A program made the translations under genes and the position numbers. The notes below the pieces were generated by a model. That model had not been told where the DNA came from. It did no database searches and was given only the letters and a program-made list of their open reading frames with translations. From NCBI GenBank assembly GCA_034003585.1, contig JAVEYH010000068.1:1-17916 (forward strand): 17,916 nucleotides of DNA, in the 5' to 3' direction. This DNA comes from Kiritimatiellia bacterium. Lineage in GTDB: Bacteria > Verrucomicrobiota > Kiritimatiellia > RFP12 > UBA1067. Shown piece after piece: positions 7,635 through 15,674 of this stretch; within the stretch, counting starts at the first letter, position 1, and every line of letters begins with the position of its first letter.

Positions 7635-9719
7635 TCATTTCGATTGTTGTCCCGGTACCCACTCTTCCGAAAAACGGGGGCGCCGCTGCGCCGCCGCCGG
7701 GTGCGGCGCAGCGGTCACAGCCGGACGCGCCGCAGGCGGTTCCGCGCGCCGCGGGGGCGGCGGCGGTTCCGGCTTGCGGGGCGCGGCCGCGGCCGGCGGC
7801 CTCTCCGGCTTCCGGGGCTCGGTCTCGGGTTCAGGCTTGGTCGCGGCCGGCTCTCCGGGTTGCGCCGCATCGGCGCGGGCCCCGGCGTGCGGCGGTTCCG
7901 AACGGCGCGGCTGCGCATCCCCGCGCACTGCCGCGCCTCCCTCCGGCGCGCGTTCGCGTTGCGGCGCGGCCGGGCGCGGGTTGGCAGGCTCCGGTGGCGG
8001 CGCGTGCGGCGGCCGGCCCGTCGGTTTAGGCGGAAGCTTGGCCAGCAGCGGGTCATCGGTCGCCAAGACGGTGCACTTCAGCTCCTCGCCGATGTATTTT
8101 TCGATCTCGGGGATAATGAACGACTCATCCTCGTCGGCGAACGAGATGGCCACGCCGCTGGCCCCCGCGCGGCCGGTCCGGCCGATGCGGTGCACATAAT
8201 CCTCCGGCTCGTAAGGGAAGTCGAAGTTGACAACGAATCCGATATCGTCCACATGCAGGCCGCGCCCCGCGACATCCGTGGCCACCACGATCCGCACCCG
8301 GCCCTCGCGGAAATCCTCCAGCACGCGCAGGCGACGGTTCTGGTTGACGTCCCCGCTGAGCATCTCGCAGCGGATGCCGCGGCGGGTGAGGCTGTCCGCC
8401 ACGTCCTCGGTCGTGCTGCGGCGGTTGCAGAAAATCAGCATGCGGGAGTCGGGATACTGCTGGATGTGGTTGTAGAGCACAGTGAACTTCTCGTTGGCCG
8501 TCACCACATACACCACCTGCTTGACCGTGGCGGTGGTGACGTGCTCGGACTCCACCTCCACCTTGACCGGCGCCTCCATCCACTGGAGCGCGAGGCGCAT
8601 CACATCCTCCGTGAGCGTGGCGCTGTAGAGCATGGTGCCGCGCCGGTTCTTGGGCGGCAGCCGCGCGATGATCGATCGCACGTCGGGGATGAAGCCCATG
8701 TCGAGCATGCGGTCGGCCTCATCGATCACGAGGGTGTCCACCTTCGACAGATCGACCACCCGCGAGCGCACGAAATCGAGCAAACGGCCGGGAGTGGCGA
8801 CCAGCAGGTCCACCGGCGCGTCCGAGACCTCGCGTTTCTGCCGGTCGTAATCCATGCCGCCGTAGACCGCCAGCGAGCGGAGCCCGCAATACTTGCCCAG
8901 CGCCGCGGCGTCTTTGCAGATCTGGATCACCAGCTCGCGGGTCGGCGCGATCACCAGGGCGCGGGGGGCGCCGCCCTGCTGCTGCCGCGACTCGGGAGAC
9001 CGGAGATAGCGGGTCAGGATCGCGACCAGAAAAGCCGCGGTCTTGCCGGTGCCGGTCTGGGCCTTGCCCGCCACATTCTTGCCGGCCAGCGCGTGTTCCA
9101 GGCTCAGCGCCTGGATCGGCGTGCAGTACTGGAAGCCCAGATCCGCGACCGCGTGCAGAATCTCGCCGGGCAGATCGAAATCCTGGAACCGCTTCTTGCC
9201 CTCGGCCGGCGCCACCGAAAAGCTCTCCGGCGACCACGCGGCGTGTTCGGCGAGGCGCGCCGCCCGTTCGGCCTCCCCCACCGCGCCGCCGGGACGCCGC
9301 GCGTGCGGATCCGATACCGGACGCTCGCCGCCGCGGCCGCGGCGCGGCTCTTTGGAGGGCGGACGGGCCACGGAACGCGCGGCCGCCGCCACCGGAGGCG
9401 TCCCCGGCTCGCGGCGCGGCCGCGTTTCGGAACCGCGTCCGGCCGACTCCCGGCGCGGTTTTCCCCGGCCGGCATCCGCTCCGCGCGCGCCCTGACCCTG
9501 GCGGCCCGGAGCGCCGCGGGCCTGCCGCCCGGCGGGGCCCTCTTTGGGTGCCTGGGGTTTGGCGCGGCCGCCTTCCGGACGGCCCCGCCGTCCGTCGCGC
9601 GGCGCTTCCCGCTTGGGATTTTTCGCGCCCCGGCCGGCCTTGTCCTGATGTTTTTTGGGGGCCTGCGGTTGCTGGCCGAGCAATTTGCCTGCTATTTTTT
9701 TAATGAATCCGAGTGGCAT
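7635..9719 (-). CDS. DEAD-box ATP-dependent RNA helicase (RhlE/DeaD-like) with long Arg-rich N-terminal and Pro/Ala/Arg-rich C-terminal low-complexity extensions
   Basis: Q-motif GFQYCTPIQ, motif I AQTGTGKTAAF, Ia PTRELVIQI, II DEAD, III SAT and VI HRIGRTGRAG. I prefer the ATG at 9719 (MPLGFIKK...); the track's 9800 start is a TTG. The C-terminal roughly 150 aa are PEP/RPA-rich. Confidence 0.85.
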   Translation of the reverse strand: MPLGFIKKIAGKLLGQQPQAPKKHQDKAGRGAKNPKREAPRDGRRGRPEGGRAKPQAPKEGPAGRQARGAPGRQGQGARGADAGRGKPRRESAGRGSETRPRREPGTPPVAAAARSVARPPSKEPRRGRGGERPVSDPHARRPGGAVGEAERAARLAEHAAWSPESFSVAPAEGKKRFQDFDLPGEILHAVADLGFQYCTPIQALSLEHALAGKNVAGKAQTGTGKTAAFLVAILTRYLRSPESRQQQGGAPRALVIAPTRELVIQICKDAAALGKYCGLRSLAVYGGMDYDRQKREVSDAPVDLLVATPGRLLDFVRSRVVDLSKVDTLVIDEADRMLDMGFIPDVRSIIARLPPKNRRGTMLYSATLTEDVMRLALQWMEAPVKVEVESEHVTTATVKQVVYVVTANEKFTVLYNHIQQYPDSRMLIFCNRRSTTEDVADSLTRRGIRCEMLSGDVNQNRRLRVLEDFREGRVRIVVATDVAGRGLHVDDIGFVVNFDFPYEPEDYVHRIGRTGRAGASGVAISFADEDESFIIPEIEKYIGEELKCTVLATDDPLLAKLPPKPTGRPPHAPPPEPANPRPAAPQRERAPEGGAAVRGDAQPRRSEPPHAGARADAAQPGEPAATKPEPETEPRKPERPPAAAAPRKPEPPPPPRRAEPPAARPAVTAAPHPAAAQRRPRFSEEWVPGQQSK

Positions 9720-9802
9720 AGGGATAAACCTGTAGTAGAAAACAAAATGCGGACGCCTGCGAGAGACGCCCGCACATTCAAGAGGATGTGACGAAAACAA
9801 GA

Positions 9803-10195
9803 CTAACGCTTCGAGAACTGGAAGCGCTTGCGGGCACCGGGCTGACCCGGCTTTTTACGTTCCTTCATGCGGGCGTCGCGTGTCAGGCAGCCCGCTTTCT
9901 TGAGCACCTCGCGCAACGTGGCGTCCGACGCCACCAGCGCGCGGGAGAGACCGTGACGGATCGCGCCGGACTGGCCGCTGATGCCGCCGCCCTTGGCCGA
10001 GACGAGCACGTCATATTTCCCCTGCATCCCGGTCAGCGCCAGCGGCTGACTCAGATACTGGCGCAGGGCCTCGCTGGGAATGTACTGATCGATCGCCACG
10101 TCATTCACGAACCATTTGCCGTCGCCCGGAACCAGACGCACGCGCGCGATCGCGGTTTTCCGGCGGCCTGTTCCCGCTGCAATTTCTTTCGCCAT
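9803..10195 (-). CDS. rpsI: 30S ribosomal protein S9
   Basis: [19 protein letters not shown]...[19 protein letters not shown]...[10 protein letters not shown] is canonical S9, including the C-terminal KR tail. ATG 10195 has a GAAGG Shine-Dalgarno; the track's 10201 start is TTG. Confidence 0.9.
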   Translation of the reverse strand: MAKEIAAGTGRRKTAIARVRLVPGDGKWFVNDVAIDQYIPSEALRQYLSQPLALTGMQGKYDVLVSAKGGGISGQSGAIRHGLSRALVASDATLREVLKKAGCLTRDARMKERKKPGQPGARKRFQFSKR

Positions 10196-10251
10196 CTGCA
10201 ACCTTCTTCTCTTGTCCGGCCTGGGCCGGGATCCTGACTCTGCCCGCCTGA

Positions 10252-10683
10252 TCAGAACGTCGCCGCAACCGGCATCTGCGCCTCATGCGGGTGCTCCGCG
10301 CCGCGGTACACCTTGACGCGGGTCATCATCTTCCGGCTGATCGTGTTCTTCGGCAGCATGCCCCACACCGCCTCTTTGATCACGCGGTCCGGGTGTTTTT
10401 CCAGCATGGTCTTCGCCGTGAAACGCTTCAGCCCCCCACGCCAACCCGAATACCGCTGGTATTCCTTCTGCTCTTCTTTCCGACCGGTCAGCAGGACTTT
10501 TTCCGCATTGACCACAATCACGAAATCGCCCATGTCCACACTGGGATCAAAGGTCGGACGATTCTTGCCGCGCAGGGTGTTGGCGATCTTCACGGCCAAA
10601 CGCCCGAGCGGTTTGCCCGTGGCGTCCACCAGGTGCCAACTGCGGTTCGTACCCGGATCTTTCGGTTTTGTCGTCTTCGTCAT
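10252..10683 (-). CDS. rplM: 50S ribosomal protein L13
   Basis: [47 protein letters not shown]...MLPKN...[11 protein letters not shown] is canonical L13. It lies immediately upstream of rpsI, the conserved rplM-rpsI pair. Confidence 0.9.
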   Translation of the reverse strand: MTKTTKPKDPGTNRSWHLVDATGKPLGRLAVKIANTLRGKNRPTFDPSVDMGDFVIVVNAEKVLLTGRKEEQKEYQRYSGWRGGLKRFTAKTMLEKHPDRVIKEAVWGMLPKNTISRKMMTRVKVYRGAEHPHEAQMPVAATF

Positions 10684-10724
10684 GTTGAACCTGTCTTTTC
10701 CTTCTTCGCGAAAATTGGTTTTTA

Positions 10725-10753
10725 AGATTATCCCATCCCGCGCCCGGTGTCAA
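10725..10753 (-). promoter_or_regulatory. Sigma70-like promoter for rplM-rpsI (-35 TTGACA, 17-nt spacer, -10 TAATCT)
   Basis: The minus strand reads cccgTTGACAccgggcgcgggatgggaTAATCTtaaaaacc, about 40 nt upstream of the rplM ATG. The -35 is 10753-10748 and the -10 is 10730-10725. Confidence 0.5.
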
Positions 10754-10771
10754 CGGGCAACTTCCTGATTT

Positions 10772-11317
10772 TTATGTCCGCAGAACCGAGGCCCCCAGCG
10801 CGGCCAGCAGGAGCCCCAGCAGCGCCTGCAGAAAACCGGCGGCGCGGAACAGGCGCGGGCGTCCGGTGAACCAGTCGATGGCCTGGCGGAGTTTCCACGG
10901 GTAGAGCAGCAGCACCATGCCCTTGATGATGCACAGGTAGGCCACGGCCACCACCGCCAGCCTCCAGGGCGAGGGGTGGGTGCGCGCCGCGTGCAGCAGC
11001 TCGTAGGGGAAGAGCGTCAGCAATCCCCCCAGCGCGCGGCACGGCAGCAGGTTGTCGAGCCAGAACCAGGTGAGGGGGATGCAGGCCAGCACCGCAAAGG
11101 GGATGTAGCGCTTGAACGGCATGAGCAGGTCGAGCCCCATGGTCCAGAGCGCGGTCCCGGCCCAGATCCACGCGAGGGTGCTCAGCACGATCGCGGCCGC
11201 GCGGTTGCGCGGAAAGGCCCGGAAGGCCCGCGCGGCCGGTCCGGGACAGAGCGCGACCGTCGCGCCGAGCGACAGGCAGAAGAGGCCGAGCAGAACACAC
11301 CAGTTCGAAAGGGACAT
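10772..11317 (-). CDS. Hypothetical polytopic inner-membrane protein (about 5 predicted TM helices, 181 aa)
   Basis: Hydrophobic segments LLGLFCLSLGATVAL, IVLSTLAWIWAGTALW, IPFAVLACIPLTWFW, LAVVAVAYLCIIKGMVLLLY and LQALLGLLLAALGASVL. A GGAGA Shine-Dalgarno lies 5 nt upstream of ATG 11317. It is the last gene of the SPFH cluster. Confidence 0.6.
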   Translation of the reverse strand: MSLSNWCVLLGLFCLSLGATVALCPGPAARAFRAFPRNRAAAIVLSTLAWIWAGTALWTMGLDLLMPFKRYIPFAVLACIPLTWFWLDNLLPCRALGGLLTLFPYELLHAARTHPSPWRLAVVAVAYLCIIKGMVLLLYPWKLRQAIDWFTGRPRLFRAAGFLQALLGLLLAALGASVLRT

Positions 11318-11385
11318 GTGGGGGTCTCCGTGAAAAAAAGGTATTAAAGCAAATCCCGGTGCGGGAGGGGAAGCCCGATCCGCGC

Positions 11386-12144
11386 TCAGTGACTTTCGTC
11401 GTCCGGGCCCCGGTTCCGCGGCGCCCCGGTCTCGAAATCGAACATGAGCGGCAGATGGTCCGAAAGGCGCACCCGGGGGATCTTGAAGCGCACGGGGGTG
11501 ATGGAAGGGTCATAGCAGATGAAATCGAGTTCCCGGCAGGGCGCCCAGCTCGGGAAGGTCGGCGCGTGGCGCGTGTTCGCGCTCCGGAGCCCGGTGGCCC
11601 GGAGGAACATGCGCATCTCCCAGACGCCGGAGAGGGTGTTGAAGTCGCCGGCCACCAGCCGGGGCTTGCCGCACCCCGCGATCAGGTCGTGCAGGTCGCT
11701 GAGCTGGCGCTGCCGCGCGCGCATGCCCAGGGCCAGGTGCACGAGGAAGAGGGTGACGCTCTCCAGCTCGACCTCGATGGCCAGGCTTTTGAAGCCGGTT
11801 TCGAAATCGTGGAACCGGGTGCGCAGGATCGGCTCGCGCGCCAGCACGGCGTTGGCCTGCTTGTTGAGCACCGGCAGGCGCCGCCCCATGCCCTCGTCCG
11901 GATACTTCACCCGGCAGCAGTGGTAGAGGGAAAGGTCTTCGGCCAGGGCCTCGGCCTGGTTCCGGTGCCGCGCGCGGTAGGATCCGGCGTCCACCTCCAC
12001 CAGCCCCACGATGTCCGGGTCCATGTGGCGCACGAACCGCGTGATGTTCGGGAAGTGCGAGGTGGTCCGCAGCAGCGTCTCCAGCCACGCGAACCGCCGC
12101 AACCGGCCGGTCCCGTACTGGATATTGTGCAACAGCAACCGCAT
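11386..12144 (-). CDS. Endonuclease/exonuclease/phosphatase (EEP) superfamily protein
   Basis: The N-terminus LLLHNIQYG is the 'LTYNI' type. Also present are DIVGLVEVD, the divalent-metal site GDFN and the catalytic His block SDHLPLMFDFE. It starts 7 nt after the stop of the upstream SPFH gene. Confidence 0.75.
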   Translation of the reverse strand: MRLLLHNIQYGTGRLRRFAWLETLLRTTSHFPNITRFVRHMDPDIVGLVEVDAGSYRARHRNQAEALAEDLSLYHCCRVKYPDEGMGRRLPVLNKQANAVLAREPILRTRFHDFETGFKSLAIEVELESVTLFLVHLALGMRARQRQLSDLHDLIAGCGKPRLVAGDFNTLSGVWEMRMFLRATGLRSANTRHAPTFPSWAPCRELDFICYDPSITPVRFKIPRVRLSDHLPLMFDFETGAPRNRGPDDESH

Positions 12145-12151
12145 ACGACCC

Positions 12152-13948
12152 CTACTTGACCGGCAGCGCGGGGGTGAGGGCCTTCAGATCGGTCCAAAGC
12201 GTGCCCTCCCCGGCGTGGAGGATCCGGATGCCCGCACCGGGATTGAGCGTGTCCACGAAGGTGAGGTCGGCCAGCGTGGCGGGATCCTTGAAAACCCCCG
12301 CGCGCAACTGCTCGCCCAGCGCCTTCTCGTTGGCCGTCAGGTACTCGGCCCGGACCTTGGCCTCGCCCTGCACCTGCGTGATCTGCGCCTGCACCGCGGC
12401 CTTCAGCAGGTTGGTGGCGGCGACCGCGAGCGCGGTGCCGGCCTGGATGTTCGCGACCTCGTTGCGGGTCTGCGCCACGGTCGTGGCCACGAGTTTCTCG
12501 GTTTCCTGCTCGACCTGCTTTCTGAGCTGCTCGATCATCGCGGTCTCGGTGTTGAGCTCCGCCTGTTTACGGGCCGTGTCCTGGCGCGCCTTGTTGGTCA
12601 GGTCCTGCTCTTTCGCGAGGCTCGAATCCTGGATCGGCGTCAGGATCTCATTGGGCACCTCCGCATGCCGGATGATCGCGTTGTGGATGACGATGTGCTT
12701 ATCGATCATCACGCGCGTGAGCTCGGCGGTCAGCTCTTTCTGGAAAAGCTGGCGGCCCTCGCCGTCGATGAAATCGCGCGCCTTGTAACTCGACCCCTTG
12801 ATGCGCGAGAGGGAAAGCACCTGCGGCAGGATGATCTTCTCGACCACGGCGGGCAGGTCCCCGTAAAGCATGTAGATGCGCGAGATGTTCTCGGGCAGCA
12901 GCTCGAACTCGACCGTCATGTCGAGCAGCACCTGGAAGCCGTCCCGCGAGGGAAACTCCACGAAACGGTTGATGCCGAACGCCACAGACTCCGGCACCGC
13001 GGTCTGCCGCACCGCCGCGGGCGCGGCGGACTCCGCAAACCGCTCTTCCGCTTCCAGTACCCGCCTTTTGTCCGCGCCCGCCATCCCGTACGCTTTCGAA
13101 AGTCCCGATGACGCGGCCGGCGCCTTGCGCGACAACGCTTTGCCCAGCACCTCCTTGCCCTTGCCCAGCGCGGCGGCGACCTCGTTCTGGGCCAGCAGGT
13201 TGCTGTTCCGCCCGATGTAGTCGGCGCGCTTCTGCTGCTGCTTCTGGATGGTGGTGGCCTGCAGTTCGTCCAGCGCGCTGCTGGCGTTGGAGATCTGGCT
13301 CTTGGTCAGCACCACGCTGCCGGAGCGGCCGTTGATGGAGACCTGGTTCATGCCGATCTCCAGCACATCCACCTGATGGGCGCGCGGGTTGACGTAGTAG
13401 AGCCCCGGAGGGAGCACGTCCTTCATGACGCCCTGCTGCCCGGGCCCCGCGAACTCGCCGGGCTTTACCGGTTCTCCGGTCTGCGACGTGACGATCCCCA
13501 CATACCCGATCGGGATGCTGATCGCGTCCAACTGGGTGATCTCGTATCCCTCCGGGTTCAGACGGTAGGTTCCCGGGCCGAGCACGTCTTTCCACACGCC
13601 CTTGCCCTCCTTGTCCGCAGCCAGAATCTCGCCGGGGGGCAGCTCCCGCCCGACCTTCGCGGTCACCACCCCGACCTTGCCGACCGGGATGGAGACCAGC
13701 GGCACGATGCGCCACGCATGGGTGACCGGATCGCGGAAGTGGCGGCCTTCGGGCAGCGGGTCGCGCTGCACGCCCTTCTCGCCGGGGCCAGCGAGAATCT
13801 GGCCGGGCGGCAACGGGCGGCCCGTCTTTTTGGTGACGATCGCCATGTGGCCCGCGGGCACCGGGATGCGGCAGAAGAGCCACAGCCACGCGGCCGCGAC
13901 CAGGGCGAGGGCCAGCAAGGGAAAGAGTGCGAGAGTGATTTTTTTCAT
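12152..13948 (-). CDS. Membrane-anchored flotillin-like SPFH/band-7 protein, paralog B (598 aa): TM anchor, triplicated 57-aa beta repeat, Q/A/S-rich linker, SPFH core, coiled-coil tail
   Basis: N-terminal TM MKKITLALFPLLALALVAAAWLWLF. There are three repeats of the type G.VGVVT..G..LPPGEILA....KGV...VL.PG.Y.LNP..YEI....I.IP.G. The SPFH core is FQVLLDMTVEFELL...ILPQVLSLSRIKG...IVIHNAIIRHAEVP. The tail is Ala/Gln/Glu-rich and helical. The ATG (13948) overlaps the TGA of paralog A as ATGA. Confidence 0.8.
   Translation of the reverse strand: MKKITLALFPLLALALVAAAWLWLFCRIPVPAGHMAIVTKKTGRPLPPGQILAGPGEKGVQRDPLPEGRHFRDPVTHAWRIVPLVSIPVGKVGVVTAKVGRELPPGEILAADKEGKGVWKDVLGPGTYRLNPEGYEITQLDAISIPIGYVGIVTSQTGEPVKPGEFAGPGQQGVMKDVLPPGLYYVNPRAHQVDVLEIGMNQVSINGRSGSVVLTKSQISNASSALDELQATTIQKQQQKRADYIGRNSNLLAQNEVAAALGKGKEVLGKALSRKAPAASSGLSKAYGMAGADKRRVLEAEERFAESAAPAAVRQTAVPESVAFGINRFVEFPSRDGFQVLLDMTVEFELLPENISRIYMLYGDLPAVVEKIILPQVLSLSRIKGSSYKARDFIDGEGRQLFQKELTAELTRVMIDKHIVIHNAIIRHAEVPNEILTPIQDSSLAKEQDLTNKARQDTARKQAELNTETAMIEQLRKQVEQETEKLVATTVAQTRNEVANIQAGTALAVAATNLLKAAVQAQITQVQGEAKVRAEYLTANEKALGEQLRAGVFKDPATLADLTFVDTLNPGAGIRILHAGEGTLWTDLKALTPALPVK
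13333..13846 (-). repeat. Intragenic triplicated about 57-codon repeat module of paralog B (aa ~35-205)
   Basis: Protein-level repeats: MAIVTKKTGRPLPPGQILAGPGEKGVQRDPLPEGRHFRDP... / GVVTAKVGRELPPGEILAADKEGKGVWKDVLGPGTYRLNPEGYEI... / GIVTSQTGEPVKPGEFAGPGQQGVMKDVLPPGLYYVNP... Confidence 0.7.
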
Positions 13949-15576
13949 GGCGCGTCCCCTTTCGCGGGTTTCGGCGTTCCGGCCGCCGCCGCCGCGGGCC
14001 GGGCCGCGGGTGCCGCGTGCCCGCCTTTCGCCCCCACCGGCAGGCCGAACAAACCGCTGCCCTGATCCGAGGTCAGCACATCCCGGATATTCGGCGCGGT
14101 TTTCTCGTACAGTTTGGCGCGCACGTAATCGGCCTCATCCCGGTAGACCGCGACCTGCTGCTTGAGCACATCGGCGGCGGACTGGTTCTGCGCCCCGATC
14201 ACGCGGCGTTCGGCCTCGGCGAGCTGAAGCAGCGCCGCGGCGTCCGCGCGCGCGGCCTCGAGCCGGATCTCGGCCACGGACAGCTCGGTGCGGGCCGCGA
14301 GGGTCTGCTCGATCCGCGCCTGCTCGGCCGCGATGGTCTGGCGGATGCGTTCGGTCTCGGCCGTGACCTTGGCGCTGTTCTGGATGGCCAGCGCCTTCTC
14401 GCGCTCCAGGTCCGCCTGGGACCGGGCCTGCACGATCTGCTGCCCGAATTTCAGCGACTCCTGGTTCGCCAGCTCCCGGTCCCGGATGATGCCGGCGATC
14501 TGCTGCGGCGCGAGGATGTCGCGGATCAGCACCGAGTTCAGCGAAATGCCCCAGTTGGCGCAGACGCCGCGCAGATACTTCTCCAGGCTGTCCTGAAAGG
14601 CCTGCCGCGACTCGCCCACGATGAACTCCGTGGCGGTTTTCTTGCTGCCCTCGATCCGGAAGAACCCCCGCGCGCTCGGCAGGATCAGTTTCTGGCGGAT
14701 GTCGTCCATGTCGCCCACCTCATGCGTCAGCAGCGCGACCTTGTCGATGTTGAGATTGAACTCCAGCGTGCCCTCGACCGTCACCGGAAAGCCGTCGAGC
14801 GTGAGGAACATGATGGCCTCCTCCCCGCTGAACTCGAAACGCTGGCTCTGGATGTTGACGATCGACACCGCGAACAGGAAGGGGTTGAGGCGGTGGGTGC
14901 CCTCTTTCAGCACCTCGGACTGCACGCCCTTGCACCCCGGCGCGGCCAGAAACCCCTTGTCGCGCGACGCGTCCGCCCCGCCCGGGCCGCTCAGGATGTC
15001 CCGGCCGCACAGCGCCGTGACCACCCCGACGTGCCCCGGCGCGATCTTGATGTCGTCGAACAGCCGGATCTCGTAAGCGTAAGGGTTGATCCGGTGCTTG
15101 CCGGTGCCGAGCACTTCACGCACGATGCCCTTGTGCGCCTCGTCCGGCGCCAGGATCTCCCCGCCCGGCAGATCCTTGCCGTACTTGCGCGCCAGCACCC
15201 CGAATTTCCCGGCCGGGATATCGGTGACCCTGACGATCTGCCAGCCCCACGTGTAGGGATTGCGGAAGAAACGGCCCTCGGGCAGCACGTCGAGCTGAAC
15301 CCCCTTATACCCCGGCTCATCCGCAATGACCCGGTCCACGGGCAGATTCCTGCCGGTTTTCCGGAACAGCACCGCCATCTCGCCGTTGCCCGGCTCGATG
15401 CGCCACCAGAACCAGACCCAGAGCGGCCCGAGAACCAGCGCCAGAACCACAAACAGCGGTGCCAGCGAAAGGGACGGGAACGCGGCCCTTCGCGGCCGGG
15501 ACGGCGGCGGCCTGCGCGGCGGCGCGGGTCGGCGGTTCCCCAGCGGCGGCGGGATAATTTCGGCATCTTCCATCAT
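13945..15576 (-). CDS. Membrane-anchored flotillin-like SPFH/band-7 protein, paralog A (543 aa): Pro/Arg-rich cytoplasmic N-terminus, TM anchor, triplicated beta repeat, SPFH core, Ala/Glu-rich coiled-coil tail
   Basis: ATGATG at 15576 is preceded by a GGGGG RBS. TM is FPSLSLAPLFVVLALVLGPLWVWFWW. Repeats are ...KGVQLDVLPEGRFFRNPYTWGWQIV... / GVLARKYGKDLPGGEILAPDEAHKGIVREVLGTGKHRINPYAYEI... / GVVTALCGRD...KGVQSEVLKEGTHRLNPFLF... The third repeat runs straight into the SPFH core (FLTLDGFPVTVEGTLEFNL...LNSVLIRDILAPQQIAG). The C-terminal coiled-coil segment (AETERIRQTIAAEQARIEQTLAAR...) is flotillin-like. The track's 626-aa version is a GTG-initiated over-extension through the promoter. Confidence 0.8.
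   Translation of the reverse strand: MMEDAEIIPPPLGNRRPAPPRRPPPSRPRRAAFPSLSLAPLFVVLALVLGPLWVWFWWRIEPGNGEMAVLFRKTGRNLPVDRVIADEPGYKGVQLDVLPEGRFFRNPYTWGWQIVRVTDIPAGKFGVLARKYGKDLPGGEILAPDEAHKGIVREVLGTGKHRINPYAYEIRLFDDIKIAPGHVGVVTALCGRDILSGPGGADASRDKGFLAAPGCKGVQSEVLKEGTHRLNPFLFAVSIVNIQSQRFEFSGEEAIMFLTLDGFPVTVEGTLEFNLNIDKVALLTHEVGDMDDIRQKLILPSARGFFRIEGSKKTATEFIVGESRQAFQDSLEKYLRGVCANWGISLNSVLIRDILAPQQIAGIIRDRELANQESLKFGQQIVQARSQADLEREKALAIQNSAKVTAETERIRQTIAAEQARIEQTLAARTELSVAEIRLEAARADAAALLQLAEAERRVIGAQNQSAADVLKQQVAVYRDEADYVRAKLYEKTAPNIRDVLTSDQGSGLFGLPVGAKGGHAAPAARPAAAAAGTPKPAKGDAP
14841..15384 (-). repeat. Intragenic triplicated about 57-codon repeat module of paralog A (aa ~65-245)
   Basis: Same repeat family as in paralog B. 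Each unit resembles the N-terminal beta1-beta2 segment of SPFH domains: GE.GVV.RfGK ... vL.PGlHf.iPfi..v, as in HflK/C, YqiK and FloT N-termini. Confidence 0.7.
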
Positions 15577-15674
15577 GGTGACCCCCAATTGTTGTGAACC
15601 TGCAAAACCACGCGGCGCGGCGCGGCGTGGAAACCGGCTCAACGGTGAATGAGGCTGGCAAGCTGACAGAAGCC

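Noticed and set aside
7700-8060. Possible CRISPR-like or minisatellite periodicity in GC-rich CGGCGG/CCGGCT-rich DNA
   Set aside because: There are no regularly spaced identical repeats. It is the coding sequence for the Pro/Ala/Arg-rich tail of the helicase.
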